A stretch of DNA of 61,586 nt, the filler included. It is 11 parts of 11 records of this genome, joined end to end, with 100 filler letters (N's around TTAATTAATTAA, not from the genome) between each part and the next. Parts side by side here need not be neighbours in the genome. Positions count along the whole stretch, not along the records: positions 33,435 to 40,109 come from SRR15195285_4312; positions 40,210 to 43,265 come from SRR15195285_4313; positions 43,366 to 48,641 come from SRR15195285_4324; 8 more parts are not named here. One strand, given 5' to 3'. Below the pieces are notes generated by a model. The model made no database searches. It had not been told where the DNA came from and was given only the letters and a program-made list of their open reading frames with translations. The translations under genes were made by a program, and so were the position numbers. Shown in pieces: positions 33,828-43,551 of this stretch; positions within the stretch are counted from its first letter, which is position 1, and every line of letters starts with the position of its first letter.

Positions 33828-36800
33828 ATGAGCGCCATGGTGGTGAACGGTGGGGGGCTGGGTGCGAGCCGCGCAGAGATTGCGGAGCTGCGGGAGGTCT
33901 TCGCGAAGTTTCACCCGGTGCTGCATACGACGAAGGATAGGCAGGGGAACGAGGACACGGAGCTGGTCATCACCGCGAACGAGCTAGGGATGGTGATGCG
34001 GAAGCTCGGGCAGGATGTACTCCCGAACGAGCTGGCGGATATGATCGAGGACAACGACGGCAAGCTCACGGGCCACGGAACGCCCGACGGGGTGCTGGAC
34101 TTCCCGGAGTTCATCCATATGATGTCAAGAAAGCTGCACGACCAGGCACATAAGCAGGAGGTGCAGGAGGCATTCCAGGTGTTTGACACCGACAGGAGCG
34201 GGTATATCTCGGCGAAGGAGCTGTGCAACGTGATGAACAATTTGGGGATCGATCTACCCAACGAAGACGGCACGCCCATGAGCGAAGCCGAAGTCGCGGA
34301 CCTCATCTGCGACTGGGGCCCCGTGGGCAAGGATGGCCGGCGAGCGCGTAGGCCCGGCATGAGCTGGGAGCGATTCTGGTCAGAGATTCAAGGTGCGGAT
34401 GGAATAGGCAAGAAGAAAAAGAAGGGGCGCGCTAAACTGGCCCAGGAGACGGAAAGGCTCGTAAAGAAGGCGCAGATGGAGCTCAAGCAGGCCAGGGAGG
34501 CAGCGCAGGCGGTCGACGGCCGGTACGAAGCCGAGACCGAAGAAGCGTTCGAGAAGCGCCAACGGGAGGCGCAGGATGTCGTCACGGCGGCGGAGAAGAA
34601 GCTCGAAGACCTGAAGAGCCAGTCCACGGAGAACGTAGACGAGGTCACGGTTACCCGGCTGGACATCAAGCGGTTCGCTGCCCAAGACAACGAGAGCACG
34701 CATGAGGCCGTGAAAATGAACCTACCGCAGCAGATCGAGAGGACTGTGCGGACTCGCACTTTCTTAGGCACGCGCTTCCTTACGACAGACGCGGCACAGA
34801 TGGCGAGGCGCTTTTCGGTCCGCTTAGCCGGCATGGACAAAAGTGGCGCCATCGATCTTGGAGAGATCAAGGGTGCACTGCAGGAGTTTGATCGGTACGG
34901 CGACCAGTCGGTGTTTGTGCAAGAGCTGGGGATGGTATGTGAGGTACTAGCCCGGCGCCCGATGAAAAACACTCTCAACGCGCTGGTAGAGACGCTCCGG
35001 GACACGAAACATTATCCAAATGCTCCGTGGTGCTGCGTTGGGTCCCCTCCATGGCAGGCGTGGACGTGCGAACGTTGTATGTCCGTGGGGAACATCGACG
35101 AGCGATGCCGTATCCAGACGTGTCTGGCCGAGCGACCAAGCGGTGCTGCGGGTTGCCGCTGCCCACGACCTGTCAAGTCGGCGGGTATGGCTGTCGATCG
35201 CCTTGCGCCGTTCGTTAGCTGCGAGCATGATGCCGACAATTTCACTATCTCGGTCGGCCGCGACGGGATTGCTGCGAACAAAAGTGCAAAGCAAGAGAAG
35301 CATACTAGTAAATGTGTGCATGGGTCCGAGAGTTGGTCAGCGTTTTGCGCTCGACGAGCTAGCATCCACGGCTACGGCAGCATCTCAGACCCGCGGCGCC
35401 AGCGTTTGTCGTGGACGAGAGGGCACGTGCCCGGTGGTAGCTGTGCCTTTTGCTGCGTGAGCATCAAGGCCGGAGCGGTAACTCATGGTTGGGCGAAGAC
35501 GGCTGATGGCAACCGATGGATCGAGGTCGAAGTAGACGAGAGGACGAATGAAAAACACGATCCTCTGGAGGGTCTGTGGGCACATATCTTCCCAGGCGGC
35601 GCGGAGTGGCGTGCTGGAAGAGGCTTCCCGAAAATTATTGATGCCCCGTGCGAGGATTGTGAAGACAATCACGCTCGATTTTGCCTGGGGGCCCACGCGA
35701 AGCAACAGGAGAAACTTGAGCTCAAACACGCCTACGAAACCCTGCAAGATGAGGAGATGCGAAACCACGGCGATACAGACACCGCAGAGGAGCGCATCCA
35801 CAACGCTCGGACGACAAAAGTTTTGGCCGAAAAGCGAGTCAGCGCAACGGAGGCCGCAGAGCGTGATAGCCGAATGCGCTGGTGCGAGACCTGTGCGAAC
35901 ACGCAGCGCGTTAGATTCAACGAGGGGGCGAAGGACCAACGCTCTGTACAGAGTTTGGAAGATGTCGAGTCAAAAATCGAGAGAGACATGGCGAGCTTTA
36001 TGCGGCGCCGGAAACCACAGGAACTGCTGGCAGAGATTCGGCGGGTAGCAATGACCTTCCAAGCCAAGGCATACTACGGTGAGATACGGGACAAGTTGTT
36101 GCGGCGGCGAGTGCTTGAAGAAAACAAATCTGGCTTCACACCGATGCATTGCGCAGCACGTGATGGAAGGTTAGGATGCGTCCATGCACTGCTGGTCCAC
36201 GACTCCACGGCCTTGGAAGAGGACATGGTGCCAGTCGGGAAGAGCGTTGCCTACACGTGGGACCCTTACGGTGGCACTGCTTACAAACTAGACCCGCCGC
36301 AGGACGCCGATCGGAGGCCAGGTTTGCGGCATCCAGATTACGATGTTTGGCCTACGAGCACAAGCCTGCAGGCGAAGATGGTGTGGTGTGGCACTCAAGA
36401 GGGGCAAGGTCCGATACAGGGGCGTGGCATCACTGAACAAGAGATTCAAGAGATCAGGGACTCTACTGGAGCAGTGATTACAGTGCCGAGTGGCTTAAAC
36501 ACGGACAACGAAGCATGGAAACGAGCTGAAGAGGGGCCGGACGCAGGGTCTGGAACTGAGGCTGCGCCTGTCGTGATCGTGATTGAAGGAAGCTGCAACG
36601 CACAGCTGGACGGGTGCGAGTCACCGATTTTGGTGGCGAAGCGCAAGCTCAAAGCGTTGCGACTCCGGTACTTCCTCGGCCACTTGCGAGAGCTCTACGC
36701 CACAGGGGTGGCGACCGAAAAATCCCGTGCAAAAGCGCTCAATGTTGCGAAGGAGAACAAGCAGAAGATAACAGACGAATTGATGCACCTGGAGCGCACC

Positions 36801-37730
36801 ATGCAGACCAAGCAGACGCAAAAGCAAGAAGAACACCAGCAGCAGCTCAAGGCTGAGGAGAAGAAGAAGGATGCAGATCTAGTTGAGAAGCGGCTTGCGT
36901 GGAATACGTGCGTCGACAACCAAAGGATCCAAGCACATAGAATTGCCGAGGTCGAAGTGGATTATCAGATGATGCAGCCATCCGAATTTGACACAGTTAA
37001 ACGCACACAAAAGCTCCTTGCGACCGCTGACCTCATGGGCTTCACACCGCTACACTGGGCGTGCCGCAATGGCCACACCGCCGTTGCTTTAGCGCTGATC
37101 GCGGAGGGCGCCCACCCAACCGCACTAAGCAAGAAGGGCCGCACACCGCTGGAGGAGGCAGAGGCCTTTCTCAAATTCGATGCGGGCGAAGAAGGAGAGG
37201 AGCTTTCGAAGATCAATCAAAGCTCTCTCGGTGCAGAGTTAGTCGCACTCCGAGCAGCAGAGGAACGACGACGCAACTGCGTGGCTGAACTCAGAGCACA
37301 GTGTCCTCTGATGGGTGACGAGCCGCTCAATCGTGGCACTCAGATCATTGTAGCTGGGTATGGCCATGGCGAATACGTCAGGCGCAAGCAGAAGGCTAGT
37401 AGCGGATTATGTGGGCGCGGCACGCGGTGCGCAGTACATATAGTGCGGTTCACAGCAGGTGGTGAGGAACAGCACTTGCCGTTGAAGGAGATGAGCTGGC
37501 AACTGCATAAATTTAAAGCTGAACGACTCGCACGCTCCACCAAGGCTTTCACGAGTACCACGACGGGTAACTCAAGCGGAGATTCCTCGTTCGATGGATT
37601 AGAGCAATCTGCCGCCAAGCCGACGGCTGAGCCGGAGCCAGCACTACCGGGTGGTGTACCTTCCACACCGTCAAAATACGTCCAAGCTCACTCGGTCAGT
37701 GCAAGGACAGGAAAGAAACTCGAGCTGTAG
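33828..37730 (+). CDS. Mosaic protein: calmodulin-like EF-hands, coiled coils, Zn-finger-like Cys motifs, ankyrin repeats, KH-like domain
   Basis: Intronless ORF of about 1300 aa. Contains ELGMVMRKLGQ, LDFPEFIHMMSRK and EAFQVFDTDRSGYISAKEL (calmodulin-like), plus GFTPMHCAARDG and GFTPLHWACRNGH (ankyrin). Confidence 0.85.
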   Translation: MSAMVVNGGGLGASRAEIAELREVFAKFHPVLHTTKDRQGNEDTELVITANELGMVMRKLGQDVLPNELADMIEDNDGKLTGHGTPDGVLDFPEFIHMMSRKLHDQAHKQEVQEAFQVFDTDRSGYISAKELCNVMNNLGIDLPNEDGTPMSEAEVADLICDWGPVGKDGRRARRPGMSWERFWSEIQGADGIGKKKKKGRAKLAQETERLVKKAQMELKQAREAAQAVDGRYEAETEEAFEKRQREAQDVVTAAEKKLEDLKSQSTENVDEVTVTRLDIKRFAAQDNESTHEAVKMNLPQQIERTVRTRTFLGTRFLTTDAAQMARRFSVRLAGMDKSGAIDLGEIKGALQEFDRYGDQSVFVQELGMVCEVLARRPMKNTLNALVETLRDTKHYPNAPWCCVGSPPWQAWTCERCMSVGNIDERCRIQTCLAERPSGAAGCRCPRPVKSAGMAVDRLAPFVSCEHDADNFTISVGRDGIAANKSAKQEKHTSKCVHGSESWSAFCARRASIHGYGSISDPRRQRLSWTRGHVPGGSCAFCCVSIKAGAVTHGWAKTADGNRWIEVEVDERTNEKHDPLEGLWAHIFPGGAEWRAGRGFPKIIDAPCEDCEDNHARFCLGAHAKQQEKLELKHAYETLQDEEMRNHGDTDTAEERIHNARTTKVLAEKRVSATEAAERDSRMRWCETCANTQRVRFNEGAKDQRSVQSLEDVESKIERDMASFMRRRKPQELLAEIRRVAMTFQAKAYYGEIRDKLLRRRVLEENKSGFTPMHCAARDGRLGCVHALLVHDSTALEEDMVPVGKSVAYTWDPYGGTAYKLDPPQDADRRPGLRHPDYDVWPTSTSLQAKMVWCGTQEGQGPIQGRGITEQEIQEIRDSTGAVITVPSGLNTDNEAWKRAEEGPDAGSGTEAAPVVIVIEGSCNAQLDGCESPILVAKRKLKALRLRYFLGHLRELYATGVATEKSRAKALNVAKENKQKITDELMHLERTMQTKQTQKQEEHQQQLKAEEKKKDADLVEKRLAWNTCVDNQRIQAHRIAEVEVDYQMMQPSEFDTVKRTQKLLATADLMGFTPLHWACRNGHTAVALALIAEGAHPTALSKKGRTPLEEAEAFLKFDAGEEGEELSKINQSSLGAELVALRAAEERRRNCVAELRAQCPLMGDEPLNRGTQIIVAGYGHGEYVRRKQKASSGLCGRGTRCAVHIVRFTAGGEEQHLPLKEMSWQLHKFKAERLARSTKAFTSTTTGNSSGDSSFDGLEQSAAKPTAEPEPALPGGVPSTPSKYVQAHSVSARTGKKLEL

Positions 37731-37867
37731 TGTGCTATCAGCCGAAGGTGCTGACAGGTGTTTGATCTGAAAGAAATTTGCTGGTTGAACACACGTTGTG
37801 GCGTGCCACCAATGAAAGCGCTATCCGCCATCAGTTCCGTGGCACTAATGGCCTGACTAAGATCATC

Positions 37868-40109
37868 CTAGTTCCGTTCCACCGACGCAGCTTCAGCACG
37901 CAGCTCCTCGAGAAAACCTGCAAAGTATGTATCGCACTTGATCCGTCCCCACCGGCTACGCGCGTTGAACAACTTTCTTGGTTTACCCTCTTCACCTTCC
38001 TTTATCCTTCCCCGCGTTCGGATGCGCGGCTCTTCCTCTGGCATGGCCGCCACCTCCTCTTGCGCCTTCGCCACCAACAAGGCAGCCTCTTGCATGGGGT
38101 CGCTTCCTAACGCTGGACGTCCACAGACGTACGCCGACACTTGAGCCCATTAGTGCTCAGCTGTAGCACGTGCAGCTTCTAGTGCAAAGGTAAAGCGAGC
38201 AAAGCAAGTTTAAGTGCATCACGCTCACCAGGTTTGAAATCATACATGATGTACTCCTTCCCTGCACGGCCTTGTGGAACCCGCTGTCCCTTGTCCGCCT
38301 CACCGGTGAAGTTCACACCTCCGTCACCAGACACCCAATGCTCCGCAGGCCACCCGTCCCAATTCAGCGTGATTTTATCATGTCCACGAGCTGTGCGACA
38401 CCCAATGCCACATCAAGATTCACGGCGCGTAGGGCCAAACAATTCCACGGTGGTGGCAGCGACTGTTGTGGGGTGGGTGCCAGAACTCACCACCACCAGA
38501 GCCTGCCCACATCCCCGAGTATTGAATCGTCTGGCGTGCTCGACCCTTAGCATGCTTTGGCCTTGGATCCTCCTTCCAAAATTTTCCGTCTGGCCAGAAG
38601 TGGACCTTCCACGGATTGTCGCGTGATGAATCTCGCCACTGTGGATGGACTACCGACGCCACCACACGCGGCGGGGCGTCCGGTAGGCCTAGCCAAAATG
38701 CTTCGACCCTGTGCACACAGCAGCCAAATTGCTAATTAGAAAAGCCCGACAAGGAACTGTGACAACTGAAACTTCACAGCTACACTCACTCCTCGGGTGC
38801 TTCCGGCGCATTCGGATCTTCTTCACCGTCCCAGATGGGACCAGTGAAACCAAGAACTTCGCCTGCCTGTTGTTCACCTTCGGTCAACTCGTCCTATAGC
38901 TTTTCCGTGCAGAGTGGCATCGCCTCATGGTCCCAACGCTGTTGCGTGTTCCAACCGAGCGTTGTGGCCGCACTCTGCTCTTCTTCGGTCAAGTCAACCC
39001 ATGCTTTGTGATTCAAGCCCATGACAAGGATTGGCCTGGGTTTATTCTTCTCCGCTTCGTCTGCTGCCTTTTTTGCGTCTTCCTCTGCAATTTCAGCAAG
39101 CATTTCTTCCTCCGGCTGCGCAAGGTTTTTGAGGTACGCTTCTAGTACGTAGGGATCGCACAGCCCAAGCAGCCACTGCCAGTCATCGGGGCCCATCATC
39201 TGAACATCACAGCCTGGCTCAGTCATTAGTAGCATTAGGCCCTCTCGTGCTTTTTCAGCGCGGTCGCCGTAGTGGCTCTTCTCGTCTGAGGTCTTGTGGT
39301 ACCCATCGTCTTGCCAGTGTGCCCGGTAGATCTTGGGGAGATAGATGGTCAAAGTGATGCCAGCCGGCCGCAGCGTCGTGCGCAACCATTCGAGCAGGCG
39401 CATCGTGCACGATGTCGTGACAGCTTTCCCTATATTCTTGACGTGACCTCCTGAGAAGTGACACGGCTGATACGTCAAGTACACACTCACTCGACCACCT
39501 GCGCCCTCGGCTGGTTCCAAAAGTGCTGGCGAGGTTTTGATAGCAGCTTCGAGGTCGGCATCTTCGAGCATGAACTGCTCTGCGTGGTAGTTGTCCTTCT
39601 CCGAGCCACGGTAGCAATTCATGTAGCGTCCAACGTACGCAGTGCGCCAATCCGAGGTGTTCGAGTCGCGCAGCTCCAGCCGTCCAACTGCGACCACAGC
39701 ATGGCTCACAACACACTCCACCGGATCGATGCAGATCCCGTCATGCACGTCGGCTTCCCACACAGGGAACATGTGGTAGAAGACTGCACAGACTTGGCCG
39801 TGACTGCCTAGCAGTGATCGCCCCTCAGATTTAGCCTTGTGGAGCGACAGTGTGTGCTCGACCTCTTTGATCCACTGTTCCCCTCCTCGGGCAACCTCTG
39901 CCTCGTCCTCGGGCCGCGCATGTACATATACAGGCATGTGCTCTCCTCCGGGCTCGGTGTCACAGCCGCAACCGGGGCCATGGCCGCTGCCCGAAGCCCA
40001 CCCGGCCCCGGGACGCTGTCCGCGTCCGCCGCCGGAACCACCGCCACCGCCGCCACCTTCGGGGCACTCTCGAGAGATATGGCCGACCTCGCCGCAATTG
40101 AAGCAGGCC
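37868..40109 (-). CDS. AID/APOBEC-like zinc-dependent deaminase with an N-terminal CCHC zinc knuckle and Trp repeats; 5'-truncated; in-frame TAG at 38894-38896
   Basis: The frame is open from the contig end: CFNCGEVGHISREC (40064-40105), Gly linker, HAE (39578-39586), YLTYQPC-x17-C (39407-39466), then LTIYLPKIYRAHW and REGLMLL. Downstream exons join in frame across GT-AG introns (e.g. 38391-38490). Confidence 0.8.
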
Positions 40110-40381
40110 NNNNNNNNNNNNNNNNNNNNNNNNNNNNNNNNNNNNNNNNNNNNTTAATTAATTAANNNNNNNNNNNNNNNNNNNNNNNNNNNNNNNNNNN
40201 NNNNNNNNNCCCTCTGATCACCTCGAATCGCTGCTTTTTTCTCGCGGATTACTTCGTAAATTAGCCTTGTTTTGACTCCGACTGAGGACTGAATTCCGAC
40301 CCAGCCTGTGAGCACATCGTCGTGTGTACTGGGAGGCGCTTTCTTCTTCGCTGTGGAGGGCGATCTGTCGCTGCGAAGGGG

Positions 40382-41500
40382 ATGTCGATGGTAGACCAGG
40401 CGCTGCTGCTCAAGGGGTGCGCCCATGCGTGCAGGGATGTCGTCGGAGCGCTGTCCCTCTGTCTGTGGATGCGTCTGTGGCGTCTTTTCGCAGCGGGGCT
40501 CAGAGCGTTCGTGCTGTGGAATGTGATGGTGGTGTGGCAGATGGCGGATGTATCGATCGCTGCTGTTGGACACGTCGCCGATCTATCCCCTTGCCATACA
40601 CGTCGGCCACTCGCTGTTCTGTATCACGAGCTTCCGCGAGTGGCGCACGGGACAAACCAAAACCGAGCCTTCATGGATGCACAACCTCGTCTGCTCGTAT
40701 TTCTGCTTTGGCTTCGGTGCGCATACGACTCGTCCTGTACCCCTTTCCGCGCGCTACCTCTTCGGCTTCTCTATTGACATGCTGCACGCTCCGCATGGGC
40801 GTACAGGCGGCTCCTCTTCGGCTGACTACCTGATCAACGCAAATACGCCCGTACGGCTGCTCTCCGCCCGCAGCCCCCGCCGCGCCTGCGCTGCGCCGTA
40901 GCCCTCACTACGCTCGCCGCCAAACGCTGTGCGCAGATGAATCTCATGTCGTCAAAAGATATAGGGTTCTACTGGTTCCTTTGCTACCTCGCTGTGTACT
41001 GGTCTCCGTTCGACATTGTCTACAGAATCCTTTCGTGGCATCGAAACCCCATCCGCATTGTGATCCGCGCCCTGGAGTCAATCGATATCGTGACGACCTG
41101 CACAGCTCGCGTCGATAAGGCGATGGTGTACCACCCGATTTCACGGGCGGCGCCGTTCCTTGCAGGATTTATCACTTGGGTCACTGGAAGCCTCTTCCGC
41201 ACACTTGAGTACCGTGGCAGAGGCGAAGAGCAGATTGTGCCAGACAACCCGCCCCCGAAAATGTGGTTTGCAACACCGGGAGCGTATGGCGGTGTGAGCC
41301 GTGGCATCTGCATCACGGCTGCCTACTACTGGTTTGGCAAGCTGTGGCGCAAGGGACTGTATGAGGACTCGCTGCGTTTCTGGTGCACCACCGTGTTCGT
41401 CGTGATTGAGACCATCGATGAGCTGATTCCTTCGTTTGACCCGATGGCGGTTCCGACGGCGATTGTCAGGGGCTTGCTAAGCGGTGTAGGCAGAACGTGA
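40382..41500 (+). CDS. TRIC (TMEM38)-like trimeric intracellular cation channel
   Basis: Introns 40417-40540, 40717-40806 and 40851-40936 keep the frame. Motifs FGFGGS, CYLAVYWSPFDIVY and KAMVYHP. The 3' end may include another exon. Confidence 0.65.
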
Positions 41501-41986
41501 GTGCCTTGCTGCTCTGCCACATGCTGCTATGGCGCAGATTCGCAGTGGTGTGCTCGCAGCTGCCAGTCACTGCTTCGGAATCCTGAGTTGAAGTCTTCGG
41601 ACTATTGAATGTACTTGCAGACTCTGGGCGGGTCGCTTTTCACACCGGAAGAAGATTAAAGTGGACGCTGCAGGAACAGCGGAAGTCGGTAAAGACCATT
41701 AATGGTGCCAATGCCGCGTCGCTGCACCCACTCGCGGTGCGTGTTTGGTTGTGTGTGTTGAACCTAACGCCTCAACGGAGGTTCGATTCCACAAACTCAT
41801 TAGTAACCGGCTGCCCACAGTGCAAGAGCTGCGACCGCAGGCCGTTGCGAATATTTCACATGTTTTCGGCACCATGCCTCCCTCGCTTCATACATGGCCC
41901 TGTTCGCAATTTGGCAGTTGATCAACAGCAATGATATCGATTCAATCCATTCATATCCACAGCTTCGTTTTACATGAACTCGTCGA

Positions 41987-43260
41987 TCATAAGCTTGGCT
42001 GCACACCATCACCTATCAGCCACGTCAACGTCTCGGGCAGGTGGTGTGCACCGTGGATGCGACTGTGCCAGCCTTTCCCAAACACGAAACGGTGCTCGTA
42101 CTGCGCATATGCTAGTGCCCTGGCTAGCGTTTGATTCGCCAATGGCCAGCACCCGTGTGTGTTATCCAAGTCATTTTCTCCTGACTGCAAGAACACCCGC
42201 ATCCCTTGCTTGCGAGGCGAGTTTCGAACCAACCACGAGAGATTATTTCCACCGCGAATGTTGACGTAGCTCCTGTCACCCCACTCAGAGTCACAGGACG
42301 ATGATTGACAATGAGAGTATTTGTAGTATGGGGTGTCGAAGAAGCAGTAGTGGCTGGCTCAAAGAGTAGTTGCTCAGAGGGATATGTCTCACCCGCAATG
42401 AGATATTACACCGGCGAACTCGTTCGGGTGGAACCACGCTGCAGTAAATGCCGCAATGGCCCTAAACATACACAGTGGTGTGAGGCAGCGCCACAGCAGG
42501 TGGGGTGATCATGAGGGAGCAGCCTGCTGCTGATCCGCACGAGCTGCACAAAACAGTGCTGAGGCACGCACCCGGAGGACACGCCCATTAGCGCACGACG
42601 GCGTGGGTCATTGGTGATATTTGGTGCGAATTGTCGAATAAACGGAAGGATGTCTTCAAGCAGGAACTGACCATACCGCTCCGAAATAGTGTCCGACTCC
42701 AAGGAGCGCTGTGCGTCGTCGACGATGTCACCAGCACCGTCGGCGCCAACAGAGGGATCTCCCACTGGTGGGTGCAGCCGCCGTCCAGGCTCCAGAAATA
42801 CAGCAACAGTCGGAGGTAAAGCTCCCGATGCAATCATATTGTCTAAGATCGTCGCGGTGCGTACCAGGCCGTCCGCCTTTAGGTACGATTTGCCGTCCTG
42901 CACAACCAACAACGAACTGCTGCGGTCACTCTCGTCGCTGTAGCTGGCCGACACGTAGACCCAGAAATCGCGCTCGGTGTCCGGAAACACTGTGCTCTGT
43001 GCCCAGCGCATGTACTCTTTGATCTCACCCTTCGGCACACTTGGCTGCGCAGTGGCCTCCGGCGGTAGTGGGTACATGCGCTGCTCCTCGGCGTACTCGA
43101 CATTGCTCGGGCCGTTTCGCACTGCAGCGCGCTCTGGCGAGAGCTCGCTGCCGTCATTGATGTTGAGGAAGCCAGAGCCGGATGGGTTGCGTCCCTGCCC
43201 CCCCGTCTTGTCCTCAAAGGGCGTCGATAGCCCGAGGGCGTCATAAGTAGCACTGTCCAT
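41987..43260 (-). CDS. Fes/enterochelin-esterase-like alpha/beta hydrolase
   Basis: After splicing two introns: nucleophile GVSSGAIAAFTAAWFHPNEF, SHCGSYVNIRGG, VFLQSGENDLD and catalytic-His region FGKGWHS. Confidence 0.85.
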
Positions 43261-43551
43261 GTCGANNNNNNNNNNNNNNNNNNNNNNNNNNNNNNNNNNN
43301 NNNNNNNNNTTAATTAATTAANNNNNNNNNNNNNNNNNNNNNNNNNNNNNNNNNNNNNNNNNNNNTATAATATCAAGTTGTACACGGCACTTCATGTAGC
43401 GATCACTGACTACAGGGTGCGGGGTCGCGCTCCAGGTGCCGTGCGTGACGGAGCGCACGACGTAACGCTGCGATCGGAATGCAGAATCCGTGGGGTCCTT
43501 GAGCTTGACACGCTTCGCTCGCGCTGCGTCCCGGCGTGCGAACCGCGCAGC

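Noticed and set aside
38150-38152. Second apparent in-frame stop (TAA) in the deaminase gene, which suggested a pseudogene or alternative genetic code
   Set aside because: It lies in a CTAAT branch-point-like word. Downstream phase-compatible acceptors (CTCAAG or GTCCAG) place it inside the intron, and other genes use TAA and TAG as normal stops.
40064-40105. CCHC knuckle as a sign of retrotransposon Gag
   Set aside because: No protease, RT, integrase or LTR is visible. The knuckle is in frame with the deaminase through a CNBP-like Gly linker.
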